Positions 1-11,714 of a stretch of DNA of 64,000 nt are shown here, in pieces. The position numbers and the translations under genes are program-made. Location: positions 6,171,162 to 6,235,161 of the forward strand of contig NC_069002.1 in the NCBI RefSeq assembly GCF_001194135.2, in the 5' to 3' direction. The notes below the pieces were generated by a model that worked only from the letters and a program-made list of their open reading frames with translations, was not told where the DNA came from and did not search any database. Every line of letters begins with the position of its first letter. Position 1 is the stretch's first letter. The stretch is from Octopus bimaculoides. Its lineage: Eukaryota.

Positions 1-16
1 ATAGTTATGTTTATGT

Positions 17-311
17 TGGCACTCTGTCGTTTACGACGTCGAGGGTTCCGGTTGATCTGATCAACGGAACAGCCTGCTCGTGAAATTAACATGCAAGTGG
101 CTGAGCACTCCACAGACACGTGTACCCTTAATGTAGTTCTCGGGGGATATTCAGCGTGACACAGTGTGATGAGGCTGGCCCTTTGAATTACAGGCACAAC
201 AGAAACAGGAAGAAAGAGTGAGAGAACGTTGTGGTGAAAGAGTACAGCAGGATTCGCCACCATCCCCTGCCGGAGCCTCGCGGAGTTTTTTAGGTGTATT
301 CGCTCAATAAA
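17..311 (-). mobile_element. SINE, head B + tail X type; 5' head lost in the N-gap
   Basis: Near-identical to 59986-60343 and 30688-30962 (e.g. gatcaacggaacagcctgctcgtgaaattaac...gtggctgagcactccacagac). Confidence 0.85.
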
Positions 312-947
312 NNNNNNNNNNNNNNNNNNNNNNNNNNNNNNNNNNNNNNNNNNNNNNNNNNNNNNNNNNNNNNNNNNNNNNNNNNNNNNNNNNNNNNNNN
401 NNNNNNNNNNNNNNNNNNNNNNNNNNNNNNNNNNNNNNNNNNNNNNNNNNNNNNNNNNNNNNNNNNNNNNNNNNNNNNNNNNNNNNNNNNNNNNNNNNNN
501 NNNNNNNNNNNNNNNNNNNNNNNNNNNNNNNNNNNNNNNNNNNNNNNNNNNNNNNNNNNNNNNNNNNNNNNNNNNNNNNNNNNNNNNNNNNNNNNNNNNN
601 NNNNNNNNNNNNNNNNNNNNNNNNNNNNNNNNNNNNNNNNNNNNNNNNNNNNNNNNNNNNNNNNNNNNNNNNNNNNNNNNNNNNNNNNNNNNNNNNNNNN
701 NNNNNNNNNNNNNNNNNNNNNNNNNNNNNNNNNNNNNNNNNNNNNNNNNNNNNNNNNNNNNNNNNNNNNNNNNNNNNNNNNNNNNNNNNNNNNNNNNNNN
801 NNNNNNNNNNNNNNNNNNNNNNNNNNNNNNNNNNNNNNNNNNNNNNNNNNNNNNNNNNNNNNNNNNNNNNNNNNNNNNNNNNNCATTTGATACATCTATA
901 TCACTCAATCTCTCTCTCTCTCTCTCTACATATATATATATATATAT

Positions 948-1196
948 GGGAGAATTTATGAAAAAAACAACAGACTAGGACAGGTGGTGTAAACAACAAA
1001 AGGATGTATTAGTTTAACGCTCGGGAATACAGAAAGTCTTTAACGTTTCGAGCTACGCTCTTCAACAGAAAGAATACGGAGAAAACAAGGAGAAAAACAC
1101 AGAGAAAGCAAGGAGAAAAACACAGAGAAAACAAGGAGAAAAACACAGAGAAAAAAAATTGAATGTTTTGGTCAGCGATCAATCATGGTGACTGAT
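948..1196 (-). mobile_element. Penelope-like terminal-repeat fragment / small non-autonomous retroelement inside (TA)n
   Basis: Minus strand carries CTGTTGAAGAGCGTAGCTCGAAACGTT, the CTGANGA..CGAAACG-type signature of Penelope ends. Flanked by (TA)n on both sides. Internal 23-bp unit x3 at 1079-1147. Confidence 0.6.
1037..1073 (-). ncRNA. Minimal type-I hammerhead-ribozyme-like motif (variant core)
   Basis: UCUUU-CUGUUGA-A-GAGC(GUA)GCUC-GAAAC-GUU-AAAGA: 5-bp stem I, 4-bp stem II, palindromic stem III ACGU; A6 replaced by U. Confidence 0.55.
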
Positions 1197-1814
1197 TATA
1201 TATATATATGTATATATATATATATTTATATAGAATATATTTCTGTACTACAGTTTCTGCCTGTCCAGTTCCACTCACAACACATTGGTCGGCAATAATC
1301 ACTAAATATAATGACAAGCTGCACAATGGGACTTATTTTGTTTTGAGAAGAATATGGAAAAAGAAATTTCAGATTTGAGTCACGAAATGAATGAGGGGGA
1401 GAGAAAGAGAGAAAGAGAGCAAAAGTGACATAGCAACTAAAATTATACGTAATCGTTTTAAAAATCTTTAATTAAATTCCACTGCAATTACAATTCATCA
1501 ATTTTTAATATGCATAAGCAATTATTTTGGGAGATTTTTAAATTAAAACAACTATTATGACAGGTCAGTTGAAATGAAATATGAAAGAGATTTAAATAAG
1601 TGAAGTCCTGTTATGCAGAAAAATCTGATGTACCACACTGCGTTAACAAAGATATTTAGCTGCTTGACCTGCTAAGAATAGCAACCAAATCTCCCTCAAA
1701 TATATCTGTAAGATCACAGCCTCAATTCAGTTATGTAACAAGATAAAACACCCATGATATGGCCAATGATAGAGCTTCTATCGAGTCACTTAACTATCTA
1801 GAAGTAGCAGCTAA

Positions 1815-1980
1815 GGCCTTTAAATGGGGTTCATTTGGCCCAAATAATCTACCAGTTTTGAGCTCAAATGGACTAGATCCAGCCTCTCACACCTACCTTA
1901 CAATGTCATTCTTAAACTAAACAATCACCACATCAAAATCTTGACGCTACAAGATAATGCATGATTAATTCATAAACAAT
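1815..1980 (+). mobile_element. piggyBac-like MITE, partial (TTAA-CCCT...AGGG-TTAA family)
   Basis: Same sequence family at 10500-10603 (end gctaaagggttga), 25052-25225 (start ttaacccttt) and 41957-42170 (-). Confidence 0.6.
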
Positions 1981-1981
1981 A

Positions 1982-2110
1982 GGCGCAGGCATGGCTGTGT
2001 GGTAAGAAGCTTGCTTCCCAACTACATGGTTCCAGGGTGAATGTCTTCTACTATAGCCTCAGGCCAACCAAAGCCTTGTGAGTGGATTTGGTAGGCAGAA
2101 ACCGAAAGCT
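1982..2110 (+). mobile_element. SINE family A, 5' half with internal deletion
   Basis: ggcgcaggcatggctgtgtggtaagaagcttgcttcccaac head (A-box-like), then the body gccttgtgagtggatttggtag and (TA)n. Confidence 0.85.
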
Positions 2111-2166
2111 CATATATATATATATATATATATATACACGTATATGTATGTATGTATATGTATATG

Positions 2167-2493
2167 TGTCTTTGGCTGGCCTCAAATCTCACCTGCGAAC
2201 CCATGGAAAACAAACTTCAACCAGCTATTCTGACTATATGTCAGTGCACACGTTTGAATGTGGTGTATGCCAGAGGGCTTGCAAATCCAATGGGGGTCTT
2301 AAAAGACATGTTAGGATCCACAATGAGCAGAACTTACCTGCAGTTATTGGTAGTTCAAATCAGAGGTGCAATCTGTGTGGGTGTTTTTTCAAAACATTGT
2401 CTGGTTTAAAAAGCCACATCAGACGCCATGAAAGGGCTAAGGTGTGGGTACAGGAGGTGGTCAAACTTTGTGTAAGGAGTAGACAACCACCAT
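2167..2493 (+). mobile_element. Probable 3' end of an RTE-type LINE encoding tandem C2H2-like zinc fingers (open frame)
   Basis: Open frame ..SLAGLKSHLRTH..FECGVCQRACKSNGGLKRHVRIH..CNLCGCFFKTLSGLKSHIRRH. No TGEKP linkers and no splice acceptor. Embedded in the (TA/TG)n of SINE A with tatatgtgt on both sides. Confidence 0.6.
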
Positions 2494-3304
2494 GTGTATA
2501 TATATGTGTGTGTGCTGTAACTGTTAAGCAATTGTAGAGTTAAGCACGATTGATTTATCTGGTAAAGTGGAAAGATGTAGGGTGTTGTATTAGATACGAA
2601 TATGTTATATGGGTTGGTGGAGACCACTTATAATATTAGGACATGTTTACCTAGAGAGGCAAAACCTGGTGGTAATAGTAGAATACTAGTTATCATTAAG
2701 GAGTACAAAGAAAGTGGGGATTATATAATAAACTACACTTGGTACCGAGTTAGAGGAAACACCAGATCAGATATCAAAGAAAACCAGCAGTAGGAAGTAG
2801 TCTAATGATTAACAATCTGGAATGTTGTATAGGTGGCGTTGATACTATTTAATTAGATAGTATAATCACCATTGTATGAATCAGGTAAAGCAACTCCGGA
2901 CAATAGTCACAGGTAAGAGGTTTGGATAGTGCGTTCCATCTATTATTTAACGAGCATAAGGATTATTTACTTAGTGGAATTGGAAAAGAACTGGGTGGGG
3001 TGTGCAGACTGCTACTTGTAGGTTAGATATTTTCGGTATTGCTAATGCATGATATTGGGTACACCACAGATAGAATGGTTAGTTCCTTCAATATAGCATA
3101 CCATGAAAGTATAGAAAAAGTTGTTTAGGTAAAGTAATGGTAAAGAAGAACGAGACTAGGTCTCAGACAATTAAGCAGATTAATCGACGTTTGGGTCAAC
3201 AATAAAGGGACTAAATTTGATTGGCCCCTAGGTTGAGAGCTGTTATAGAGGTTGTTTAGTGTCCTTAAAATATTTAAAGGTGCGTGGTAGCCTTATGTAT
3301 GCTG

Positions 3305-4020
3305 TAGTGTACCCAGTATTATGTGTGATAATGATGGTGGTGGTGGTGACAGTGGTGTTGGTGGTGGTAGTTGTGGTGGCAGTGATGGCGGGGGTGACAA
3401 GATGACAATGACAGAGGTGATGGTGATACAGTGATGATGATAGTGATAGTGTTGATATGGCCATGGTGGTGGTGGTGGTAAGACGACGATGATGATGATG
3501 ATGAAATACCGTATTTGGCAAAATAAAAAAAAAAACGGAAAGAAAAGAGATTAGCAATGTGCTAACTGTTGTTCTGTGTATTTCTTATTACAAGCTGATA
3601 ACCAATACAACATATTCAATTACATAAACACTCCCCCAACATCTTGATAATAACACTGAGCACTTTTCCTCCTCCTCCTATTATTATTATCATTATTATT
3701 ATTATTTTTATTATCATTATCATTATTATTACTATTACTGCAGCTGCTGCTAGTAGTAGTAGTAGTAGTAGTAGTAGTAGCAGCAGCAGTAGTAATAGTA
3801 GTAGCAGCAGTAGTAGCAGTGATGGTGGTGGTCATGGTAGTAGTAGTAGTAGTAGTAGCAGCAGCAGCAGTAGTAGCAGTGATGGTGGTGGTCATGGTAG
3901 TAGTAGTAGTAGTAGTGGTGGTGGTGGTGGTAGTAGTAGTAGTGGTGGTGGTGGTGGTGGCGGCAGTAGCAGTGGTAGTGGTAGTGGTGGTGGCAGCGAC
4001 GACGGCGAAGGCGGTGGCGT
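3305..4020. repeat. Compound trinucleotide low-complexity arrays (GGT/GAT, ATT, AGT/AGC/GGT)
   Basis: Direct reading; a ~60-bp internal duplication agcagcagcagtagtagcagtgatggtggtggtcatggtag occurs twice. Confidence 0.9.
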
Positions 4021-4358
4021 TGTTTCATTTAAATCAATGTCTTTTGTGCGATTAATATTCAAAGTAGTCTTTATTGACGTTCCAAACAAATCTTCTTTAT
4101 GTAGCTAATTCGATCCGAGAGATACACACACAAAACCATACAATGATATTGTAAATCATCATCCTATGAATTAGTGATGGCCTGAATTAAGTATCATTAT
4201 GTCGTAGCAATGCTCTCCAGAACTGCCCACTTCATTGACAACAGTTGGTGCTTTTGACCTGTAGCACATTCGTCTTAGAACGTTCGAGGATTTCATCTCG
4301 TCTTCATGATTTTTGTAAAAAACACAGTTGTTGTTGTTCTTGTAATAATAATAATAAT

Positions 4359-4405
<47 letters not shown>

Positions 4406-4483
4406 TGATGATGGTGATGGTTTCAAATTTTGCCACAAGGGCAGAAATTTTGGGGGGAAGGGATGAGTCGATTANNNNNNNNN

Positions 4484-4622
4484 NCCCCCCCAGTTTTTAT
4501 CTGGTACTTATTTTGTTGAGCCCCCTGAAAGGATGAAAGGCAAAGTTGACCTCGGCGGAATTTGAACTCAGAATGTAGCAATGGGTGAAATACCGCTAAG
4601 CATTTCGTCCAGCATGCTAACC
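4484..4622 (-). mobile_element. SINE family E, 5' part
   Basis: ggatgaaaggcaaagttgacctcggcggaatttgaactcagaa. Further copies: 4985-5105 (+), 7225-7442 (+), 9125-9305 (-), 22745-22985 (+), 33700-33850 (-), 39875-40082 (+), 57592-57765 (+), 62040-62212 (+), 62545-62682 (-). Confidence 0.85.
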
Positions 4623-4870
4623 ATTTGTCCTACATGGATGAGCTGAAGCTGTTTAGTAAGAATGAATAAAGAGATAGATTCCTTGATACAAACTGTAAGA
4701 CTCTTTCAGCAAAGGTTATAGGCATGGAATTTGGTAAAGATAAATGTGCAATATTAGTCATGAGAAGGGAACAGGTAATCAACAGTGAAGGCACCTAATT
4801 ACCAGATGACCAAACATTAAAATCAATGAAAGGAGGAGAGAGTTATAAGTATCCCTGACTATTAGAATCC
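4622..4870 (+). pseudogene. Decayed reverse-transcriptase fragment of an R4/Dong-like non-LTR element
   Basis: With frameshifts and stops: HLSYMDELKLFSKNE*/EIDSLIQTVRLF/IGMEFGKDKCAILVMRREQVINSEGT*LPDDQTLKSMKGGESYKY, matching the recalled YMDDLKL..IGMEFG..KCA..YKYLG pattern. Confidence 0.75.
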
Positions 4871-4952
4871 AAAGGACATGTTCAACTAGTTAAGGTCAAA
4901 CAACTGACAAGCAAATCTGTAGTATTGAGCAGAATATTTGCTGTAGTCCATC

Positions 4953-4988
<36 letters not shown>

Positions 4989-5557
4989 GGCCTCGAGTTG
5001 GTAGAATCATTAGCATGCTGGGCAAAATGCTTAGCAGTATCCATCTGTCTTTACATTCTGATCTCAAATTCCACCGAGGTCGACTTTGCTTTTCATCCTT
5101 TCATAGAATCCTGACATAGAATGCATGACATAGAATAGGTGACAAGAAGAGTAGAGACAGGCAAATAAAACTTGTATGGAGATATGCAACAGAGCACATC
5201 TGTCGGCTGAGGATGGGGTGCATTGGTAAATGGTTCCTTGCCAATCAACTAAATGGCTTTCTTTTTGGATGTAGTCTTGGATGTTTTTATGTGTAACATC
5301 ATGACGTTCTATTTTCTCAGAACTAATAATATACAGCAGCGTCGACAATTCTGCTGACTCATCTTCATTATAACAATGAAATTGGTTTGGAAAAACTAAC
5401 AGAAGTTTTTTCAAGAAATGGTAAAGCCACCAGACATTCCAGATATAATAAGAAACTGAAGCACCATGATAAAAAGGAAAAGAAAACAAGAAGAAATGAC
5501 CTTTCATTATAGAAATAACTCAATCTATGGCATTTGGTTTATAAATGTGTAGGCTTG

Positions 5558-5607
<50 letters not shown>

Positions 5608-6265
5608 ATAATCTATATTTGGGTATTCATACATATATTATTTAATGTCTATTTATTCCATACTGGCATGGGTTGGGCGGTTTGACAAGAACAGACAAGC
5701 TAGAGGACCCCACTAGGTTCTACATCTGCTTTGGGATGCTTTCTATATCAGGGTGCCCTTCTTGATGCCAACCACATAACCAAGTGTACTGGGTACTTTT
5801 TACATATGTATATATGAATATATACTGTTGTGTCTGGGAAGAGTCATTTTCTTTTTGTGCCTTATAATTTAGCACACTCACTGGTAAAATTTGATTTTTC
5901 CACAAAATATTTTTTTTTTTTCTATTCATGGGTGTTTGCCTTATTTGAGAGTGCACCTTATAAACCAGCAAATATAGAAAATACACTCTCCACGCCTATA
6001 ATTGCTAGTCCAGCATCCTTCCTTTAAATATTCATATATATTTATATATATGTATAAGTACATACATATTTGTAGGGTAACAAGGCAACCAATGCTTTCA
6101 GGTGAAGAGATCTTCACAATTGTTCAATTGTACCACATAGAAGCGTTGATATTTGTGTCTGTTTTGAATGAGAATATGAGAACGAGAACAAAATGGAAGG
6201 CCTGATATTAGTGTATACATACATACATATATACATACACACATATACATACACACACGAATACA

Positions 6266-6310
<45 letters not shown>

Positions 6311-6311
6311 G

Positions 6312-6342
<31 letters not shown>

Positions 6343-6887
6343 GTATATATATATATGATAGAACATTCATCACAGTAAACTATAGCAACATAAATTAACA
6401 CGTTCGAATCTACAGAAATGGAAATGTCTAAAATATTCTTTAATGGAAACTTGATATATTTCTTTGCTCTTAGCAACACCAAAACGCAGGAACAGCAAAC
6501 ATTACAAGGAAGAGATCAGGACTGCAAACTCTCTTAATAATATACAACATACACCATTAAAAACCAAACAATTGTCAGGTTTAATAACATCTTGTAGAAA
6601 CCCATCATATTACTTTTCACTTCTGAGACTTCTTCACAAAAACTGTTTCCATTACACAACTAAATAACAAAAGATGATTTAATGTGTTCCATTTACTTAT
6701 GCTTAACAAAGCTCAAGTTTAGAATGGTTATGTTAGCATTAACATCATTAATGCAGTGAACCTAAAATAAAACAATAAACCAGATGTAATTCTGTTCTGC
6801 AATGCTTGTATGGGTTAGACAGAATTCACTGAAGCAGATTTTAATACAGATGTCCAACCTGTTGCCACTCCTCACCTTATTTATTTA

Positions 6888-7191
6888 TTTATGCACCCTT
6901 TTCAAGCCTATCCAGGCTCATGGGCCCGGTTTCCCGGTTTCTATGGCGAACGTGTTCCCCACCAGCTGGACGGTACACCAGTCCATCACAGCATTACTCA
7001 AGAAACAGGAAGAAAGAGTGAAAGCTGGGGCGAAAGAGTACAATAGGGGTCACCACCACTCCCTGCCGGAGCCTCATGGAGCTTTTAGGTGCTTTCGCTC
7101 AATAAACACACACAACGCCCGGTCTGGGAATCGAAACCGTGATCCTCTGATCGCGAGTCCACTGCCCTAACCACTGGGACATTGCGCCTCC
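6888..7191 (-). mobile_element. SINE, head B + tail Y type (complete)
   Basis: Head (ggaggcgcaatgtcccagtggttagggcagtggactcgcgatc..ggtttcgattcccagaccgggcg) as in 59986-60343; after 7001 the sequence switches to tgagtaatgctgtgatggactgg.. Confidence 0.8.
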
Positions 7192-7468
7192 TCACCTGTT
7201 TTCAACTAATTTTCTAGGAGTAAGGTGGTGAATGGCATGAATCATTAGCCCACCAGGCAAAAAATTCTTAGCAACATTTCGTACATCTTTACATTCTGAG
7301 TTCAAATTCTGCTGAGGTCGACTTTACCTTTCATCCTTTTGGGATTGATAAAATAAGTACCAGTTCAATACTGGGGTTGATTTAATCGATCTACTCCTCC
7401 TGCAAAATTGCTGGACTTGCGCTAAAACTTGAAAGCAATATTTCTCTATGACTGAACAGGTTCTAAAG

Positions 7469-7500
7469 CAGTGCTTCTTAAACTATGGGTCACGACCCCA
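7469..7500 (+). mobile_element. hAT/Charlie-like MITE left end
   Basis: CAGTGCTTCTTAAACTATGGGTCACGACCCC resembles CAGTGGTTCTCAA.. hAT termini; similar end at ~30577-30620. Confidence 0.45.
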
Positions 7501-7558
7501 AATGGGACTGCAAAGAGAAATGCTGGGGGGGGGGAAGCAATTAAATTCAAATAGTTTC

Positions 7559-7599
<41 letters not shown>

Positions 7600-7964
7600 G
7601 AGAGAGAAAGAGAGAGAGAATGGAAGAGAGAGAAAGAGAGAGAGACAGAGAGAGAGGAAGAGAGAGAAAGAGAGAGAGAGAGAGACAGAAAAATGCACCA
7701 GGACTTTGGCTCCAGTCTATTCACCACAGCAGAGCTGAATAACAGGAACAACATGTAACGAAGTGCCTTCTTCAGGACCATGATGCACTGCTCAGTCTAG
7801 GAATTGAATCCACAAACTTTTGACAGTACGTCAAGAACCCAAACCATTAGGCCACGCACTCTCACTTCACATCAGATAAAGCACTCCAATCATCATCGTC
7901 ATCATCATCATCATCACCATCGTCATCATCATCATCATCATCATCACCATCGTCATCATCATCA

Positions 7965-8118
7965 TCATCGTCATCAACATTTAACGTCTGTTTTCCATGC
8001 TGGCATAGGTTGGACAGCTGGAAAGGAGCAGGCAAGGCCAGAGGCCACATCGGGTCCCATAGTCTGTTTCAGCTCAGTTTCCACATCTGGATGCCCTTAC
8101 TAATGCCAACCACTTTAT
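7965..8118 (-). mobile_element. Family F: non-LTR 3'-end-like element with (ATG)n tail
   Basis: catcatc..tttaacgtctgttttccatgctggcat..ggatgccctt. Other copies: 5640-5805 (-), 11107-11172 (+), 13287-13672 (-), 22585-22700 (-), 34196-34382 (-), 43745-43985 (+), 52520-52660 (+), 61045-61112 (+). Confidence 0.75.
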
Positions 8119-8607
8119 GATCAATGTGATAAACTAAAGGACCTCAACTACGGTGCCATTGCATCGCCTAAGTGAGATAACCAAACCAATAAAAAAAGAA
8201 ATAGACAAAGTCTGCTCTGAATTGATCAGTCGGGTAATTCCATCGCATGAATAATTCAACTCTTTGATTTATAATTTTCTCCTGCTACTATTTTAAAGTA
8301 CATTGTAATTCCAATAAATTTATGACACTTGAGTTGTTTATAAATTAATAAATTAACAAAATAAATTACACTTTAACTGAAAATTAAATTAACAACTTAG
8401 GTTGCGTCTTCTTAACACCTTAGTAAAAACAATTAATGCAACTTGGCACACTTGCATATTTCAAACTAATTTTAGCCAGCTATTGACTTTTTCTTAAGCT
8501 ATAAAACACGGTAACAAGTGGAATGGAGTTTAGATGATTCGTGGACTCTGACAAAATATGGTTCATGTTCCAGGAGATAACTTTGTTTTCCCGTAGTATA
8601 AATGGAC

Positions 8608-8715
8608 TGTCAAATTCCCAAACCACAAAGAAACATTCTTATTTGTAGCACGTTGTCCGCCCCCATTTAACATGCTATAAATAGGAATGTTTCTTCGTGG
8701 TTTGGGGATTTGACA
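8608..8715. other. 47-bp inverted repeat with 14-nt loop (hairpin)
   Basis: Arms 8608-8654 and 8669-8715 are complementary at 42 of 47 positions. Confidence 0.9.
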
Positions 8716-8796
8716 TCTCTTTTCAGCATGTAAGGAGACCATTTAGTGGTCTTCCTCATTGTGTATAATTTTACACACACGTATGTATATATATAC

Positions 8797-8849
<53 letters not shown>

Positions 8850-10821
8850 GATGAATGTTTGTGTGTATGCATGTTTTATATCAAAAGACATCCACATTGG
8901 TGACAAAATTGCTGATAAACAGGTGCATATTTTGTGATATTTATTCTGCCCTTGTTGTACAGACACTCTCTTGTCACTGTCACCATTGGAAATACGGTGA
9001 ACCAGTCATTGATCTATGTGAAACCTATAATCAAAAATATATCAACTATTTGCAAAATTATGGTACAAAATACCTTTGTTGTATTTCTTAAGGGGCCGTA
9101 ACTAAATACCACAAGGTATTTTCTCTCCCGTCCTACTGATTCTGCTACTTACCCACTACTTCTTCTGGTACTTATTTTATTGACCTTGGATGAATGAAAG
9201 GTAAAGCAGACCTCGGCAGAATTTGAACTCAGAACATAGCAACTGCCGAAATACCGCTAAGCATTTTGTCCAGCATGCTAATGATTCTGTCAGCTTGCCA
9301 CCTTAATATAATAATAACAATGATAATAATAATAATCTTCACCATCATTCTACATTCTTTGAGATTATCCAAGCAATTAAAAGAATAAAAGACCTCCACT
9401 AGCCTTCAATGTGTCTAAGGTTAAAGAATGATAAGGGAAGTAACTCTAATAAGGTCAGATGATGTATCTCACATTTTCTTATAAAACTCTCAAGAGTGTT
9501 TTTTTTTTCTTCTTTCGTCTTTATTCACATAGTATCAAGAACACATACAAACACACACTAAAACACATATATTGGGTATGTTCATTAAGATACATAGGAA
9601 AATTAGATCGACAACACTTGTAATAAATCTGAAACATGAAGCAATGTGCAACAGTTTTAATTAACTACTTGTTTACCAGCATTTTTGCTTTGTTTTTCTT
9701 TTCTCTCTTTTTTTTCTTTTTGCTTCTTCTTGTTCTTCTTCTTGTTCTTGTTCTTCTTGTTTGTGCAGATGCTCAAAGGCAGCACCAACAGCATAAAACA
9801 TTTTATTTTATTTCGTTTCTTGTTAGGAAAAGAAAAGACATATTCTACGATATAATTTAAGAAGTAATTGCAGTGAAATGACAGATGAGATAAAGTATGT
9901 ATTAAAATGTGTTTGGTGGTGTACCAACTGAATAAAACAGAATGTATACCAAGAGAATATTGGAATTTTTCTTGATATTTTTGTAGCTGTTGTTGTTCTT
10001 TTCTTTTCAATTCGTCACGTACTAAGCTGAATGGTACGACAAATATAAATGGTAAACTGGTAATAAATAGCAAAAATAGTGAAACTAGTGGAAATGATGA
10101 AACAAGTATCCATGGTACAAGCGACATAAATTTTAAATGGCATAAAAGACTTAGAGCGGTGATGGTGATGGCAAATTTTGCATCAAGATATCACGAGGAA
10201 GAGTGGCTGCCTACATGTGGAGTTGAGGCAGTGACGGACGGTACCATTCAGGGCCTGTCATTCCCATCTCTTCCCCATCACTGCAGAGTTTTTCTTCCAG
10301 CCTGCGTTTAGGAGTTTGAACGTGAGAGTCAGTCTTCACGATCAGATCCCATACTTTAGACTTGGGGGTCTTAACAAACGGACTAATACACGTGTTTTAG
10401 CATGTGTGTGTGTGTGTGTGTGTGATTGATACTATGCAAAGAAAAACGAAAGGAAAAAATAGTGCTCTTAAGAATTATATAAGAAACTGTGAAACAATCG
10501 CACTATTGTAAATTCAAAGCTACGAGAGAATGCAGGATTGATTCAAAACAACATGAATAAAGAAGCATTACATTTGACAGAGAAACCTGAATGCTAAAGG
10601 GTTGAATGTCGACAATGATGATGATGATGACGATGGTGTTGGTAATGATGATGATGATGTTGATGATGACGATGGTGGTGATAATGTTGACGATGATAAC
10701 TGTTGGGGAGGGATTTCAGGAGTCAGTCAATGTCAAGCATGTATCTGTACATGTTTTACATGTTTGTGTAGGCCTAGGCAACTTTTATTTAATTTTTTTT
10801 TTTTTTTTTAAAGAAAAACTA

Positions 10822-10980
10822 GGTGCAGGCGTGGGTGCATGGTAAGAAGCTTGCTTTCCAATCACATGGTTCTGGGTTCAGTCCTACTGTGTGGCATCCT
10901 GGGCAGGTGTCTTCTACAATAGCCTTGGGATAACCAAAACTTTCATTAGTAGATTCGGTAGACGGGGACTGAAAGAAGCC

Positions 10981-11024
<44 letters not shown>

Positions 11025-11090
11025 TATGTGTGTGTATGGCTTTGTGTCTGTTTGTCCCTCCACCACCACTTGACAACAAGTGGTGGTGCA
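10822..11090 (+). mobile_element. SINE family A, 5' two-thirds
   Basis: Head and body match other A copies; central (TG)n. Further A pieces: 12852-13190 (-), 20505-20853 (+), 28435-28640 (-), 28683-28840 (+), 30995-31228 (-), 36616-36740 (+), 38995-39360 (+), 50445-50830 (+), 51640-51770 (-), 52690-52960 (-), 54310-54605 (+), 58698-58815 (+), 63813-63980 (+). Confidence 0.85.
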
Positions 11091-11170
11091 GCCTCCTGGC
11101 TTCCCAGACCCCAGTCGAACCGTCCAACCTATGCCAGCATGGAAAACGGACGTTAAACAATGATGATGAT

Positions 11171-11212
<42 letters not shown>

Positions 11213-11714
11213 TGTATGTTACATATGGTAATAATGTATAAGTGATATAATTAGCATAAATGGCATAAGTAGTATAAATCAAAGAACTGTTATAAATGGT
11301 ATGACAACTTTCCTTTGATGGTGTTACTAAAGAAATTAAAAAACCAAAAAAAAACAAAAAAACAAAAGAAGTATAAAAGTTGATTGATACATGATTGGCG
11401 ACTGACCAGAAAATCAGAGCTGTAACGATGGTAGGATGAAGGTTTGATTGATGCTTTTCTACTATTTTTAGTCCGCCATTTTCTTGTAATTCTGATGTTT
11501 ACATTAGCTAATCTGAAGGAAGTACCATATAATAGTAATAGTGGTTGGTACTATAACACAGGCCATATAACGGTGTAGCATAACAACACTGTCACAACAT
11601 AATACTGTAGGAGAGTTACTACTCAGCATTACAACACAATCTCCGTAACACATTCAGAATGCAGCTACTACATGAGACTGGCTATACTGTAGCCACATGA
11701 CACATCCAAAATAT

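Noticed and set aside
290-895. Long ORFs spanning N-runs (also ~14.4, 19.2, 28.8, 31.8, 34.8, 48.8, 53.4, 59.9 and 62.4 kb)
   Set aside because: Artefacts of translating assembly gaps.
1079-1147. CRISPR-like regular repeats (also 43765-43834 and 58940-59250)
   Set aside because: Head-to-tail tandem units with no unique spacers, inside eukaryotic mobile elements; no cas genes.
2510-3300. Possible decayed LINE C-terminus on the minus strand (SLVLLYHYF..RWNAL)
   Set aside because: Resemblance to L2/CR1-type ends is too weak and interrupted to support without a profile search.
3243-4108. Poly-Ser/Thr/His/Val ORFs, and IY/HT/CV/ER-repeat ORFs elsewhere
   Set aside because: Translations of microsatellites, open in several frames on both strands.
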